64,000 nucleotides of DNA from Raillietiella orientalis (lineage: Eukaryota). Location of the stretch: NCBI GenBank assembly GCA_036172245.1, contig JAYWIR010000029.1:372001-436000 (forward strand), given 5' to 3'. Positions within the stretch are counted from its first letter, which is position 1, and each line of letters begins with the position of its first letter. The notes under the pieces are model-generated. The model was given only the letters and a program-made list of their open reading frames with translations. It did no database searches and was not told the origin of the DNA. Position numbers and translations under genes: made by a program. Shown here piece after piece: positions 12,313-25,500 of this stretch.

Positions 12313-15300
12313 ATGGATCTTGATTATGAAAATCGTTTGGATCAATCAATCTTCGATATTGAATATGAAGAACAGTACATCCATAAAATACCGGAATCAG
12401 TTAAAAACTTTATTCTTCATTTCCATAAAGCTTTTCATGATAATAATGTTTATGAGCTACAAAAGCTCTACGAAAATACGTGAGTATTTGTTGTTCTTTT
12501 GTTTTTTTTCTATAACTTACAGTCTGTGTGCTGTATTGAGGACTCATTTTGACCTGTTATTGCTGTATTCATGTAACATGTTAGAAAGTTCAAGATGAAA
12601 ACTGCTTTTCATTCCATACCTAGTTTTTGTGCTGCATTATGTTAAGTACATTTTAAAGTGGCATTATGAATGCTAACTTAAAATAAATAATCCAATGAAA
12701 TGGACTGTTGAAATCATGTGGCATCCATTATTATCCCTGATATTTATATTTCAAGCATTCAAGTAAAAGACTAACGTGTAGGCAATGAAGTCAGTTGCTT
12801 GCTTTCTATTTGCAATGTTATCTGTCTGATTGCATGAACTTTATATGTTTATCCTTTTCGCAGTATGGGAACTTAACTGTAATAGGATATTCGTGTAAAG
12901 TCTTCGGATTTATATAGCTGAAAATTTTTGTTTGTAGCTTTCCAACTTTAACAGAGCAGCACTTCAAAAATTCTGTTTGGCCTGATGCAGAAGATGTTGC
13001 AAATCTTGTAAATGATGAAGGGGTAAGTTTTTGATTGTTTTTTCTTAAAAACAATTATTCTTTATTTATTTGTAGATTTTTTTGAGTTTTTATAAAGAAC
13101 TCTATTATAGGCATATATATGCCAGAGTGATTGGACCTACATTGGATCAGAGATTTGAGTCATATTTCAATTATTGCAGTTTGTTTGCATATATTTTAAG
13201 TAAGTTTTTCATGTTATGTCTGTACATGGATATTTCTGATTATTTGCACATGTAACAAATGGGATATGGGAGAGTTTATTCATCACATTCTATGTATTTT
13301 TCGCCCCGATCTACTTGAGAAATATGATTGATTTGCTTCAATTAAAGTTACGAGTCATTCAAAATGTTAATATTTGGAATTTTGTTTTTTGCAAGATTTG
13401 TATTGTTTTCATGTGAATTTTTTTCAAGTATTCATAAAATGCAGGGAATGTTATGCTGCTTTTACAAAAATTTATCGACTTTAGTCTATGTAGTGTCATT
13501 TATTTGTTAGCATAATTCAGTGGTCTATATACTGTCATCTTGAAACAGTTAATGAAGAAAGAGGTTAACTGAAATGAAGAATTTAATGCAAAAGAGTCTG
13601 TAGAATCTAATGACTATGTACTAATCTTGCATCATTCTTATCCTTTCTGATTGTGAATTTCCTAATTTGTTCACTTTCATTAAGATTGAGTTCTCTTAGC
13701 TTATCATATATGTTCCTTTAAGCTCAGCAACATTTAGTTACTCAGCATCAAGTTGAGCAACATTTAGAGTGCTGCTCTTGTGCATCATTATGCATGTTAG
13801 GTTGTAAGTACATAGACATATTTCATTTTTAGATGCTGATGTACCTGTCCCACTTGAGTTACCAAATCAGTGGTTATGGGAGATAATTGATGAGTTTATT
13901 TATCACTTTCAATCATTTTTCATGTACATCTCAAAAGGACCCAAAAATATGAAAGAGATTGAACGTATTCAAGAGTCATCAACAACTTGGAATGTTCTTA
14001 GTGTTTTGAATGTTTTACATTCTTTAGTAGAGAAGTCAAACATAAATAGGCAGCTTGAAGTATTGGTTTTCTTTTGATTGTATATGTATAATCAGTTGAT
14101 ATTTTTTAACAAAGGTGTACACAAATGGAGGAGATCCAGATTCTGTTGCTGGGGAATTTGGGCGGCATTCTTTGTATAAGATGCTTGGTTACTTTAGCTT
14201 AGTGGGGCTTCTACGATTGCATTCTTTGCTGGGGGATTATTATCAAGCCATAAAAGTGTTAGAAAATGTGGAATTAAATAAAAAGGTAAGATTGTAAGTT
14301 TTATTAAAGTTTTATTTGTTCTGTCAATTTTATTTGTTCTGGTGCAATTTTTAAATCACATCAGCCAAAACAGTTTTCAGTGAATGGAATTAATCGTAAA
14401 TTTAAACTAAAATAGTAAATATTTGGGGATAACACACGTAATTAATCTGGATGTTTGGATTTAGGTTATTTTTCTTTTCTACAAAATTTATTATTCAAGT
14501 TTTGAATGATTCTGATAGATTGGACTTTTTCATTTGTAGTGTCTGGCTTATTTTTGAGCATTTTTAAATAAGTTTACAGATTTTTTATCCTACACATAAG
14601 TAACCATTAATTTAGGAAATGTTTGAATGTTGGAGATTTAATGGTGAGTACATGTTATCTGCAGAGGTTATGTTATGCCAGTCGATAGCTTTCTTATCTG
14701 TAGTTTTAACCACGATTGTAGCATCTTGATAAAACCTGTTAATTGTTAGATTAACATTAGTTTGCATAGGACAAGCATTTAAATTAATCTCCGCCTGATG
14801 AACACTTGGATTCTGCGTAAATGGGACACATAATGAGAAAATGGAACATGGTAGTGAGAACCAGAAAATCAACTTCTTTGTGCATGTTGCATTCATGAGA
14901 AAGAATGCAACATGCACAAAGTGGTTGATTTTGTAGTACTATTTCAAAACAATTTTGCTTGAAGATTCCATTTTAAAAATGCTATGTGCTTTAAAATTAG
15001 CTTTTATATTATCACATGGCCAATTGGAAGAAATTATTTGATTCTCTTATGGAATTGCAATGATTAAATTTTCCCTCTAAAAGTGTAAGTTGTGTACAAC
15101 TGTTAAACATCGTCACGAAACTCAACATATTTAAAAGCTTAAGAAGTTATCTGCGTTTAAATAAAAATCCAAGTTTCCAGGCTAATTCTGATCTTTTATT
15201 AAAGATTATTTATTTGCAACAGATGTGTTTTATTGTATTGAAGCATTGGAATCTTTTAATTTTAAAATGTATTCACATTAAATATGTGTTTTTTTTTTTG

Positions 15301-16391
15301 GACGTGTGTGAACTTTTCTTTAAAGTGCAGTGAAACTGATTTATATAAGTCTTTGAATTTTGTTTTTTTAGAGTCATTATTCAAAAGTTCCAGCATGCCA
15401 AATAACAACATACTATTATGTTGGATTTGCATATCTGATGATGAGAAGGTACTCTGATGCAGTAAGGACATTTTCAAATATTCTGTTATATATTCAGCGT
15501 ACTAAACAGCTGTTCCAAGCAAAGACATATCAAAATGATCTTGTAAGTATTCAAATCAATGATTCAAATTAATTTTTTTGTTGATAGATCAACAAACAGA
15601 CAGATCAAATGTATGTACTGTTAGCAGTCTGTCTAGTTTTACAACCACAGAATATAGATGAATCAGTCATGTCTGTTCTAAGAGAGAAACCTTATAATGA
15701 AAAAATTCAACGAATGCAAAGACGAGAATTAACGGAGTTTGAAGCATGCTTTTTATTTGCATGTCCTAAGTTTCTTTCATCTGTGCCTTCTGCTTATGAT
15801 GCATCGTTATCAGATTTCAATAAGGAATCAGTACAGTTGCAGTTGAAAGTATTCATGGATGAAGTACAGCAGCAATTGTATTTACCTACAATTCGCAGGT
15901 GTGTATACATTTTTTTTGTTTTTGTTTACCACGTTTCTTTTTGTGTTATATGTTGGGCACCTTTGAATTTTTTGTCTAGCAAAAGATGTTAGCTAATGCA
16001 TATTTTTAAATAATCAGCACATTTTAAATGTGATATTTTATAGTTACTTGAAGTTGTACACAACAATGCCAATATCAAAAGTGGCAGGATTCGTAGACTT
16101 GAAGGAGGATGTATTCAAAACTCAATTATTGTGCTTTAAACACAAAATGAAAAATGTTGTTTGGACAAAAGGGTCATCAGGTTTAGAAGGAGAATTCCAA
16201 TCTGGTTCTGAGGTAAAACTAAATAACCTTGCTGAATATTATTAATATAATTTTAGTTGGATTTTTACATTGACAAAAACATGATCCATATTGCTGATAC
16301 CTTAGTATCAAGAAGGTATGGAGATTTTTTCATCAGACAGATACACAAATACACAGAACTTATTTGCACGCTAAAGTCACTTCATATATAA
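12313..16391 (+). CDS. EIF3L: Eukaryotic translation initiation factor 3 subunit L (~519 aa, 9 coding exons)
   Basis: Exons 12313-12479, 12938-13022, 13076-13199, 13833-14059, 14115-14285, 15372-15542, 15588-15898, 16044-16212, 16257-16391. All introns are GT-AG with consistent phases. Motifs [73 protein letters not shown]. Confidence 0.96.
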
Positions 16392-17994
16392 ATTTTTCCC
16401 TGATATTTTCATACAAGATTCAAATATCTGAATAGCTGATTTGCATACATCATCAACATGCTTGAAGTTCCAAATGGGAGTAATTTTATGTGATCGTGAT
16501 TGGAAATTAAGAACAAATAGTATCTGAAAATACACAGTTTTCATGGAGTTTCTTTAAACCTTTCTGTTGATTTGTTCCTGCAGATTCGTAAAAAAGAGAG
16601 TAAGGCTTGTTAGCAAAATGGTAATTGCCCTGTTATTTAAGGCTACTGTATCCCTGTTTGTTATTTCTGTAAATGCTGGTGAATGGGATCCATAATGACA
16701 TGATTGGGAAAATCTGGATTTCTAATCACGTCTTCATCACTGATTGGATTAACAGTCTTCTTTTATCAACTTTAATGGAACAAAGGAACAGTAATGTAAC
16801 AGGATATAATAAAATAATTTATAATACAAGTGTAAATATTCAAACATATTCAGTGTAATCCAATTTATTTTATTTGGTACAAAAAATGATTTCATTGCAT
16901 CTTTGAGAAAGGGATCCATCTGCCTTTGGTTGTCAATGTCTTAATGGCTTTTTCATATTTATATGGAGATTTGTAATTGCATGCAAGTCTTGATTCGTTA
17001 ATTATTGCCAATTTCGATTAATGCACAAGGATTGTGGCTGATATGCTAGAATGCTAAATAGCCAATAGCGGTTTATGTACAAAATATCCGCAAAGCTCAT
17101 GAAATAGTGATTACAACAGAGATGCTCCAAAGTGTGCCTGGCATTGCTCCAGGTAGATGTTCGTATTAATATAATGGGAAATGGGGCAAATGGGCAATCA
17201 CTGGATGGGGCAAAAAATTGAACTTTGAAAATAGAAATAGGGTTTCACATTTTCTCATTAAAGTTAAGTGCTTTTTATGTCGGGATTCGTAACAGTCTTT
17301 CCATATAATGTGTCCATATATTTGTTACCTCGTGTGACTGTCAACAGTGCAATACAAGGATATTAAATTATAATGAAGAACTCGCATTTATGTATGGAAT
17401 GGGACTTGCAATGTAATAATTGGGATCTCTTGTTAATTTTCAGATTAAGATCGAATTCCGTTAAAGTAACCATGACTTTTGATGCGAATTTTCCATTTCT
17501 TGTGTCCCTTCATTGTAATTTGTAGCTTATGAAATAAACTGTTGCAGTTGCCAGGAAAAAGATGCTGGTGTGCAGGAGTCTGCGCAAAGATGGAATAAAG
17601 AAAATAGATGCTACAAAATGGGCACCTCTAAACAAGTTGTGGTGTAGCATTGTTGATTGTGAGGCAAAACAGCCCAGTAACGTGCTGATGTACGAACATT
17701 ACTATTCATATCAGTTGACACGGCTAAAAGCGCCATGTATGTGTGCTGAATCCTAGTGGACACAGAAAGATATTTTATGAATCCACGGGAATATTAAGAA
17801 ACAAAGTGCCGCACTGAACTGCTTCAGCACGACCTCTTAAAGCAACTCGAATCAAACAAGCTTAAATTTACTTTCGGTCCCAACTTAATATTGTTCTAAA
17901 CTAAATATGCCCTTCTGAATACCCCTCATTGCTACACGAACCCACAGCACACTCACGTTATCTAATGCAGTTATCTTTCTCTATCTGCCCCACT

Positions 17995-18960
17995 GTTTCC
18001 CACCCGGGTGCGCCGGGGCGTTTATTAGTAAACTATCCGGGAACAGTTCCCAGACAAAGGACACAATAACGAATGGAGGCATCACCGACACGCAGGTCGG
18101 TAAACCGAAAGTCCGGAACGGGAGGGAGGGGCCACAAATACACATATAAAAAAAATAGAAATAAATATTTGGGAAGGGTAGGGGGCCGGGGTCTTTGGTT
18201 TCGGCCGTTCCTTTCCTTCAGAACCGGCAGGGAGTGCCGGAGATCTTGTTCCTCACGTCTTCGGAAGATGGGTCCACACGGCAGCCGACGTCATGTTCTC
18301 GTCGGCTATTCCGGTGGCCTGACGAAGGATGGCCAGCTTCTCCAGCTCTCGGTGGGCCTTGTCGATGGCGCGGGTGCAACAGACCGTTGCGATGACAGCA
18401 CCTAAAGACAGGCCGCCTAGCGTGAAGAAGCGGCGCATCAAGTCTCTCGCGGTGTCCCCCTGGTGCAGGAGAGCTGAGGCCAGCCTCCTCCACAGTCCTT
18501 GGAGGACACCGCAGTCCAGGAGCAGGTGCGGGAGAGTTTCCACTTCCCCGCACCGCTTACAGTTCGGGGAGACAACTCCCCCGGAAACACGGTTCGTCCG
18601 CTGGTTGTAGTGAAAACCCCAATGCACCAGCATGATGACGTCCTGTTTCCAGCTCAAAGGTGCTTGTGCAATATCAGTTCAGGTACCAAGTGCTGACAAG
18701 GACGGCCACTTTTGCAAGGTAGGAAAGAACGGAACGTTCTCGTGTGTACCTCTAGACTGCAGTTCGCACCTCTGACTAAAAGCACCCGGTGCTGGACGCC
18801 GAGATCAGGGGGCCTTCCGTGGCGTCTGTCTGGAATTCCCATACGCCGGCGGCGCTGATAACGATTCTAGTTTACATCCGTCGTGTACCGGTGCCTCATC
18901 TCTGGATAAAAATGAAGGCACCAGAGACCCAACTTCATGGGGTTACTACACCGCTGCTAC
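17995..18960 (-). mobile_element. 5'-truncated L1/Tx1-like LINE, family B (ORF2 C-terminus and 3'UTR)
   Basis: ORF 18253-18657 contains the zf-RVT motif CKRCGEVETLPHLLLDC..LQGLW. The 3'UTR matches 120-350. Terminal AATAAA (rc 18021-18026) plus CCCGG/CCGGG hairpin. 5' boundary is approximate. Confidence 0.82.
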
Positions 18961-19019
18961 GGTCAGTGATGAGGTGAACGCACCTGAACCCTAATGAAAA
19001 AACTTGATGCAAAGAAATC

Positions 19020-19240
19020 CGCAGGTGGCAGTGGGGGTCATCGCCCGCCCAGTGTTCCCTTTATTTGCATGACATGTCCTCTGGACAGATGCACTGCAAA
19101 GTCGAGCTTCCTGTGGGCATTTCCTACCACCCCCTTCGGTTTAGTTTGCAGGTAGTCTGCAGGAACAGAAGTTCCTGTTTGGTTCGTTTATTTTCATGGC
19201 ACTTCCTTGTGAGAATAAACGCCCTGGTACAGCCGGGAGA
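19020..19240 (+). mobile_element. Short family-B-like LINE 3' end
   Basis: AATAAACGCCCTGGTACAGCCGGG at 19214-19237 is the same terminal motif as at 322-345 and 18003-18026. Confidence 0.5.
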
Positions 19241-21799
19241 CAAGAAATTGCGTGCTTTTTCTTCGCACCTTTGCAGCCAAAATTCACTTCTAAAGGATCG
19301 AACTGCAAGCTTCGAAAACTTTTAATCTTTTGAATTATTAAACACCTCAGTCTTCATTAACATTTTACGTTGGTTGAAGTTTTTAAAAATGTGCCTTTTA
19401 GTATCAACATTTTAAGAGTGGCTGCACACAGTAAGCACATATTTCTTTGTTAAAAAATCCAAACAGAATCTAAGGAGAAACCAAATACTGGCATAAACTC
19501 TGTTGAATAAGCAGTGGTATTCATTTTATTTAAAGATTTGGGAATACTAAAATCAGAACGATGCTTTTAGTGGGTTTGCAGATCCACAAACATTTCAAAA
19601 AGGAATGTGATCGGCAGGAAAAACGAAGTCGTAAAGAGACTGCAACAGTGCCTCACTTCCACTTCCGCTTGGTCCACAATTCTATTATGCAGCTTCCTTG
19701 CTGATTGGCAAGACAAAGATGTGTGTAACACGCACAGCTGTTTGCAAAAGAAATCTCATGGAGCTCTTGCAAAGCTGTTTCCTTAGTCCCAAAGCTGTTT
19801 TCTACATCTCAAATTCCTGAGGAACAAAGATTGCCACTTCGAATGCTCTGGATTCACCGCTTCCACCGCAACCCTGCTAGCGTTGATCTCTTTGGCTCAC
19901 ATACATTGCAGAACTTCTGTGAAAACTCTCGCGAGCAAATGCTTTATCTAGTTCCTCATTAGGCATTACATTGCGATTATGGGATCCCGGATGGGATATA
20001 AAAATATTTTAGCTTTTATGACTCAACAAAAGTGCATTCATTCGGGTAATAAAGCCCTCATATTTGAAGGGGAAAAAAAAAAAAAAAAAAATCGCAAAAT
20101 CCTGAATACCAGACAGTCAGAGAGCAGCACACTCTTACTTCCCATATTTAAAAATCCCATCACATGGAAACACGTTGAGCAGCAGCTGTGCGCATCCATT
20201 AAATGTAAACACGCTGACGTTAAATTGTGTACAAAAACCAAACACAATGGATGCGCCCGATAGTATGGGAAAATTGAAGATGGGAGACAAAAACAACCGA
20301 AACACACACAATCCCGGAATTACCACAAATGCAAATGAAGAGGAAGATACCAAAAGTATCAGTCGTGATGAAATGGAGAAAAATCCTCCTAATGAGAACC
20401 GATCAAAGCATCAACCAATATCAGAAAACAAAAGCAAAAAAAAGTGTCGCCCACCATATTTGATCACTTCGCTAGATTTTACTTTTCTTTTTTTTGTTTA
20501 AAAAAAGGCTGATACTTATTAATTTCCTTAGTTGCATTAGTCTTAACAAGGGAACGATCTTAAATGAAAAAACGATGCTTAAAAAAAATAAAATAAAATA
20601 GAATAAATGAATCTTTTTACTGTAAAACAGCCGGAAACAACCTGACCATCAACAAGCAAATGTGTTTTCCTTTTCACAAACTATGGAAAAATATTTTTCA
20701 CAAATGCTTTAATTACAATACGTGAACTGATTACAATCCACGTTTTACCTTTGAACCCCTGAAGTGAATCAGGTCACCTAGAGATTTTCTGCAGTCTGAG
20801 GTCCACAGGCAGATAATGGCTACATAGGCTACTATGTGTGGCCGTTTTCATGTTTTTCAGTGCAATTCAGTTCGCTTAACAAATATTTTCACGGTGCTAA
20901 TGATTGGCAAGTTCAAATCATAGCTAATATTTCGAGTTCCAAATAACAAGCGCCGTTTTGTAGCAGCATCTTAACTCTGTAAAGCGAACGTTTTCTTAAG
21001 TGAACACAGAGATCCTTCTTATACAATCCTTATGCCCCCAATGAAAATTAACCAGTGCCTTCACATCGTGCTAAGCATTTACTCACTAGGAAATAAATGA
21101 ATCCCTTCAGAACTATAGGAACATCTCTCTCCTTATTAAAGAAATCGCTCCCAATTTTCTCAGACTTAAAAACACATCTCGGTCAGAAAGACCCCAACGA
21201 TCATGCATGCTAGGAAAATGTTACTGCTTGGCAGTTTCCCTCGTGGACCACCCTTCTCTCTAATACAGGCATGCAGTTCACAGACGCACAGTTCATCTAT
21301 TGATTCTTTACAACAGGTCTTTTGTTTTTTCTCCCAAAGTATGTGATAACTTGGAAGATGAGATGCAATTCTTCAACAGAAGCGGAACCGCCCTTTCCCA
21401 TTAATACGGAAACCCTTATTCGGTTCAATCAATCAATGATGACCAATTAACAAAGTTATGAATCTGAAAATTCACACCTGCGAACGAACTGTCGGGAAAC
21501 CAGCAAAAGCCAATACCTACTAACAACGGACACATTTTCCTTTCAACCAGGAAAATGAATAACAACGTTACATTGCTTAAGATAGGTTCTTTTATTTAAA
21601 CACTGTAAAATCATATGTATGAATAAGAGATGAGCAAAATATGAGGCTTCATAAGGCTTCCTTCTACGAGTGGCTTACACAAATCGAGCAAGTTGTTATT
21701 ACTATGAAAGGTGCTGTCGTGTTTCTCTTCCTTTCCTTTCCCTTCAGGAAGTTCCTTGGCCAACCGAGCACCATCCCTAACACGAATTCCATTCGTGGC

Positions 21800-22300
21800 A
21801 ATCCCTATTTACCAAATACGACTGCTTATGGCTTATGCGATCAAAACTCACACACAATGCTGGCGTGGAGAAAGAAACGCACAACCATTCCGCCCTCAGC
21901 TGCCATCAGAAGAGAAAACCTCTCCGATACGAATGCCAACACGACGGCTCCCGAGCTCCCTTCAGCAGATTGCAAAATGACCTTCCTTACGTGCCTCGCC
22001 GGCGACAGAGGGTCCAGAAAGGAAAGACGCAAGACCGGCGATTGCCGAGGAAACCACGACTCCCTGGAAACCACCAGAGCTCTCTGCAAACCTCTCCGCA
22101 AGGGAACAAAGAACCCATTGGCACAGTGACTCCTTGAGCAAAAGCCCTGAATACGGCACCTTGCAGTATCCCTTCACCTTGGTTTTCCGAAATATATCGG
22201 CACACCAACCGCTGCTTACGCCAAAAGCATTGTGGCATTTATAATGATTTAAAAGAACTTCAAGAAGTGGAGGCATGGAAATGAAATCGCCAGGTTTTCA
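21800..22300 (+). mobile_element. Possible highly decayed LINE RT fragment
   Basis: GC-elevated island. Scattered colinear resemblances to family A ORF2: SADCKM~NSDAK, HLGFPKYI~KLGLPEYF, SGGMEMKS~GGTGMKS. Confidence 0.35.
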
Positions 22301-22577
22301 GAACAGTGCAGTCGTACAGAAATCAAAAGGGGGGGGGGGGAGAAGAAAACCAAAGTGTAATACTTTATACTTGGTTTTTTTTTCTTTTTTTTTACTAATT
22401 TGATTCAACACATGATTGAATACAATGATATTAAAAAGTTACAAAAGTGATAACCAAATAGAAAAAATGAAATCCTGAAAAAATTGCATATATCCATTCA
22501 AATGAACAGCATGAAAATTTAAAATTCACTATAATTTTCTACATGAAGAAAAATATAAAAAAGAAAATTAAACGATG

Positions 22578-25500
22578 TTACATTACTGTTTGACTAATAT
22601 TTCGAGAATTAAGGAAAACAGAATGTACAATATCCTTCAAATTGCTATTATCAGTTTCTAGCACGACACGTCGCTTGTGTGCTTCTAAGATTAATTCCCT
22701 CCAATGAGGATGTACCTAAATAATGCTCAATGAAATGAATACAGTTTTTTGAAACTCACTTTTAAAGAGGAAAGATGTCCAATAATGATGAGGCTGTATC
22801 TTGCACGCGTCAGTGCAACATTTAACCTTTGCGGGTGACTTAGAAAACCAATAGACTGTTTATTATTTGCTCGCACACAAGATAAAATAATAATATCCTT
22901 TTCTCTTCCTTGAAATCCATCAACAGTGTTCACTTCCACCTCAGGTTCGTTTTTGATCAATTCTGCCAACGTCTTTTGAATGATCAATTTTTGTTTTGCA
23001 TATGGTGTAATAATACCAACTGAAAGTCTGTTTATCAGTTTATTCTCTATTATGGATTTCGTTATTTCGGCCGTTACTACAGCTTCGTTGAGATTACTCA
23101 AACTCCTAAAAGAGAAAAATGCACACATCAATTTGAATGAGAACTCGGCTGGCTTCAAACATGGCAATGAGTACGAAGATCCGCCGAACCACTTCTTTCA
23201 ACAAGAAATTTTCAAGCACTCAACGTTCGAATTACGTAAGTTGAAACAAAAAAAAAGTACCTTACTTTTGAGCATGAAATTCAAAAAAGAATCAACAGCA
23301 TTTAGTAGCAGAACTAAAATAAGCATACCAATACATAAAGGTACCATTATTTCAATATGTAAAGAGAGAAATTAATGTTCGTAAATTTCCAAGTACAGAC
23401 TTGAATTTTCAATGCAATTTTTTTCGCCAAAATGTATTCATACAAAAAAGGCAAATTCACACTCATACTTTATAAATTAGAAGAAGTCTGTAAAGCAAAT
23501 TAAATTTTTTAGACAGAAAACTATTCCGCCAACTAAGAATAATCTGACAATGAAATTTTAAAAAATGTGGCAACACTGAACTTATAGAAAGTGCGTGTGA
23601 AATCATTGAGAAATGCCTGGTCTATACCTTAAAAAGTGATAGAAACAAAAACATTGAAAACAGGTGAAGGGGGGGGGGATCTATTTCTTGGAGAAACGAA
23701 AACAAACAAATTAGCAGCTAATAAGTTCATTCGAGTAATACGTTCACAATTTAAACTGCTCATGAAAAATGGAGGAGGAAAATTCGATACATAACTATAC
23801 GAATCAGCTGGAAAAAAAAAAAAATCATCATCAGACTGGCCCTCGTTCGTATTTCTATTTAGTTTGGTTAACACTGGAAAAAGAATTTTGCGGTTCGCGG
23901 TTATCCTATGACTGACTAATAAACATCGAGCATTCCCAACTGAAGTCACGATCAGTGAGGGAATAAAGGCAGTACTAAAAAGCAGCGTTTAAACATCTGC
24001 TGGCAGTAACACGCATGGGTTGGTTGGCCTTGCACTGGCGATAAAACCAATAATTCCACGTAAAATCTAGCTTTCTTTGTGAAAAAAGAAAAACGCATCT
24101 TCAGGGAGGAAATATGGGCTACTAGCACTCTAACTCTTCCCCAATTCACTGATTTGGGATTTAAGCATTAGGATCCATTTCTGAAACATCCAATATCGGG
24201 GTTCTGTTTTCTATGCATGAAGACCATCTCAAGTGGTCAGCGTGACGGAGACTGCTAAATCGCAGCACATCTTCAGAGACGGATTTTGCACCTGGTCAAA
24301 ACAGCAGCAGCAACGGAAAAGGGGGGGGGAGTTGGCAGCTGTGGGGAAAACACCAAAGTCAAAAATGCATAACTATGATCATTTTAACTCGTGAAAAGGC
24401 GAGAAAACTGTGCAACGTTTATCACAAAAGTCCGGGGAACAGGACAGACGTTATAAATTCAGAAAGCTTCATGCTCGACATACTGTGCAATGCGGGACGA
24501 CCACAATTCATTGCAGTTGCCAATTCACAGACTTTAAGGTTATGCTAGATTCAAGGAACATGTAATTCATTTAAGGTCAATAGATCACACTTCTACACTA
24601 CTACTTCTCAAAGAAGATAGCGCTATATCAGATTTGAAGTAGCAAACTGAGATTCTGATTCTGAAGCAACGCCAACAGTGGTCATTCTTACAATGAGTCA
24701 TCTCTTGAGTCTCCACTTGAAAACATCCTTTTCCCCATAATGCAATAGATACCCACAATACGTCTGTATTGTGTACTACGACTGCTCATTTCGAATAAGT
24801 GCTTATCTAGAGCACAATTCACTGCGTGGCAGTGTATTCATAGAGAACTACCATTCACATTCCTACTACGTTTGCGGCGCTCATAACCCCTCCGACCCTT
24901 CGATAAGGAACTCAGTATTTCTAGTTTATAATACAGATTCAAATGGGAAACAAAACTATTTCAGGGGGAAATGTGGTGTTCCAGAGTCAAATCATAACAC
25001 AGTAACTTAAGATAAATTCTGCAAAAATCCACCAAATTCCATTATTTTAATGTTTTGACAATGTTCTAACAAGAAACTAATACTAGCTACGTGATAGACT
25101 GCAAAATATGAAGAAATGAAAGTCATGGGTGAAAATCACAATGATTTCACATCTACTTTAAAGGCAAATAATATTTTCAATTACGTACGCAGGTTTAAAT
25201 GTTTAAATTAAATCAAAGGAATGCTCATCAATTAAAGTAGATTGTGTACGCAAATTTCAAATGCATTTATCTTTAACAGTGATTAATGACTTAAAAAGTC
25301 AGATGATCGGATTACATTGGGGAACCAGAACAAAACGAAAAAAAAAAAAAAAAAATATCGAATTCAAAAAATTATCAAAAACAACCTGAAACTGTTCAGA
25401 AATCAATGCAATAAGACTAGATACAAATATCAATATTTACCCATTTGTGCGTCTTCTTTCCTCTCCATTCTGAACATCTATCACAAAATAAGGCTTTAAC

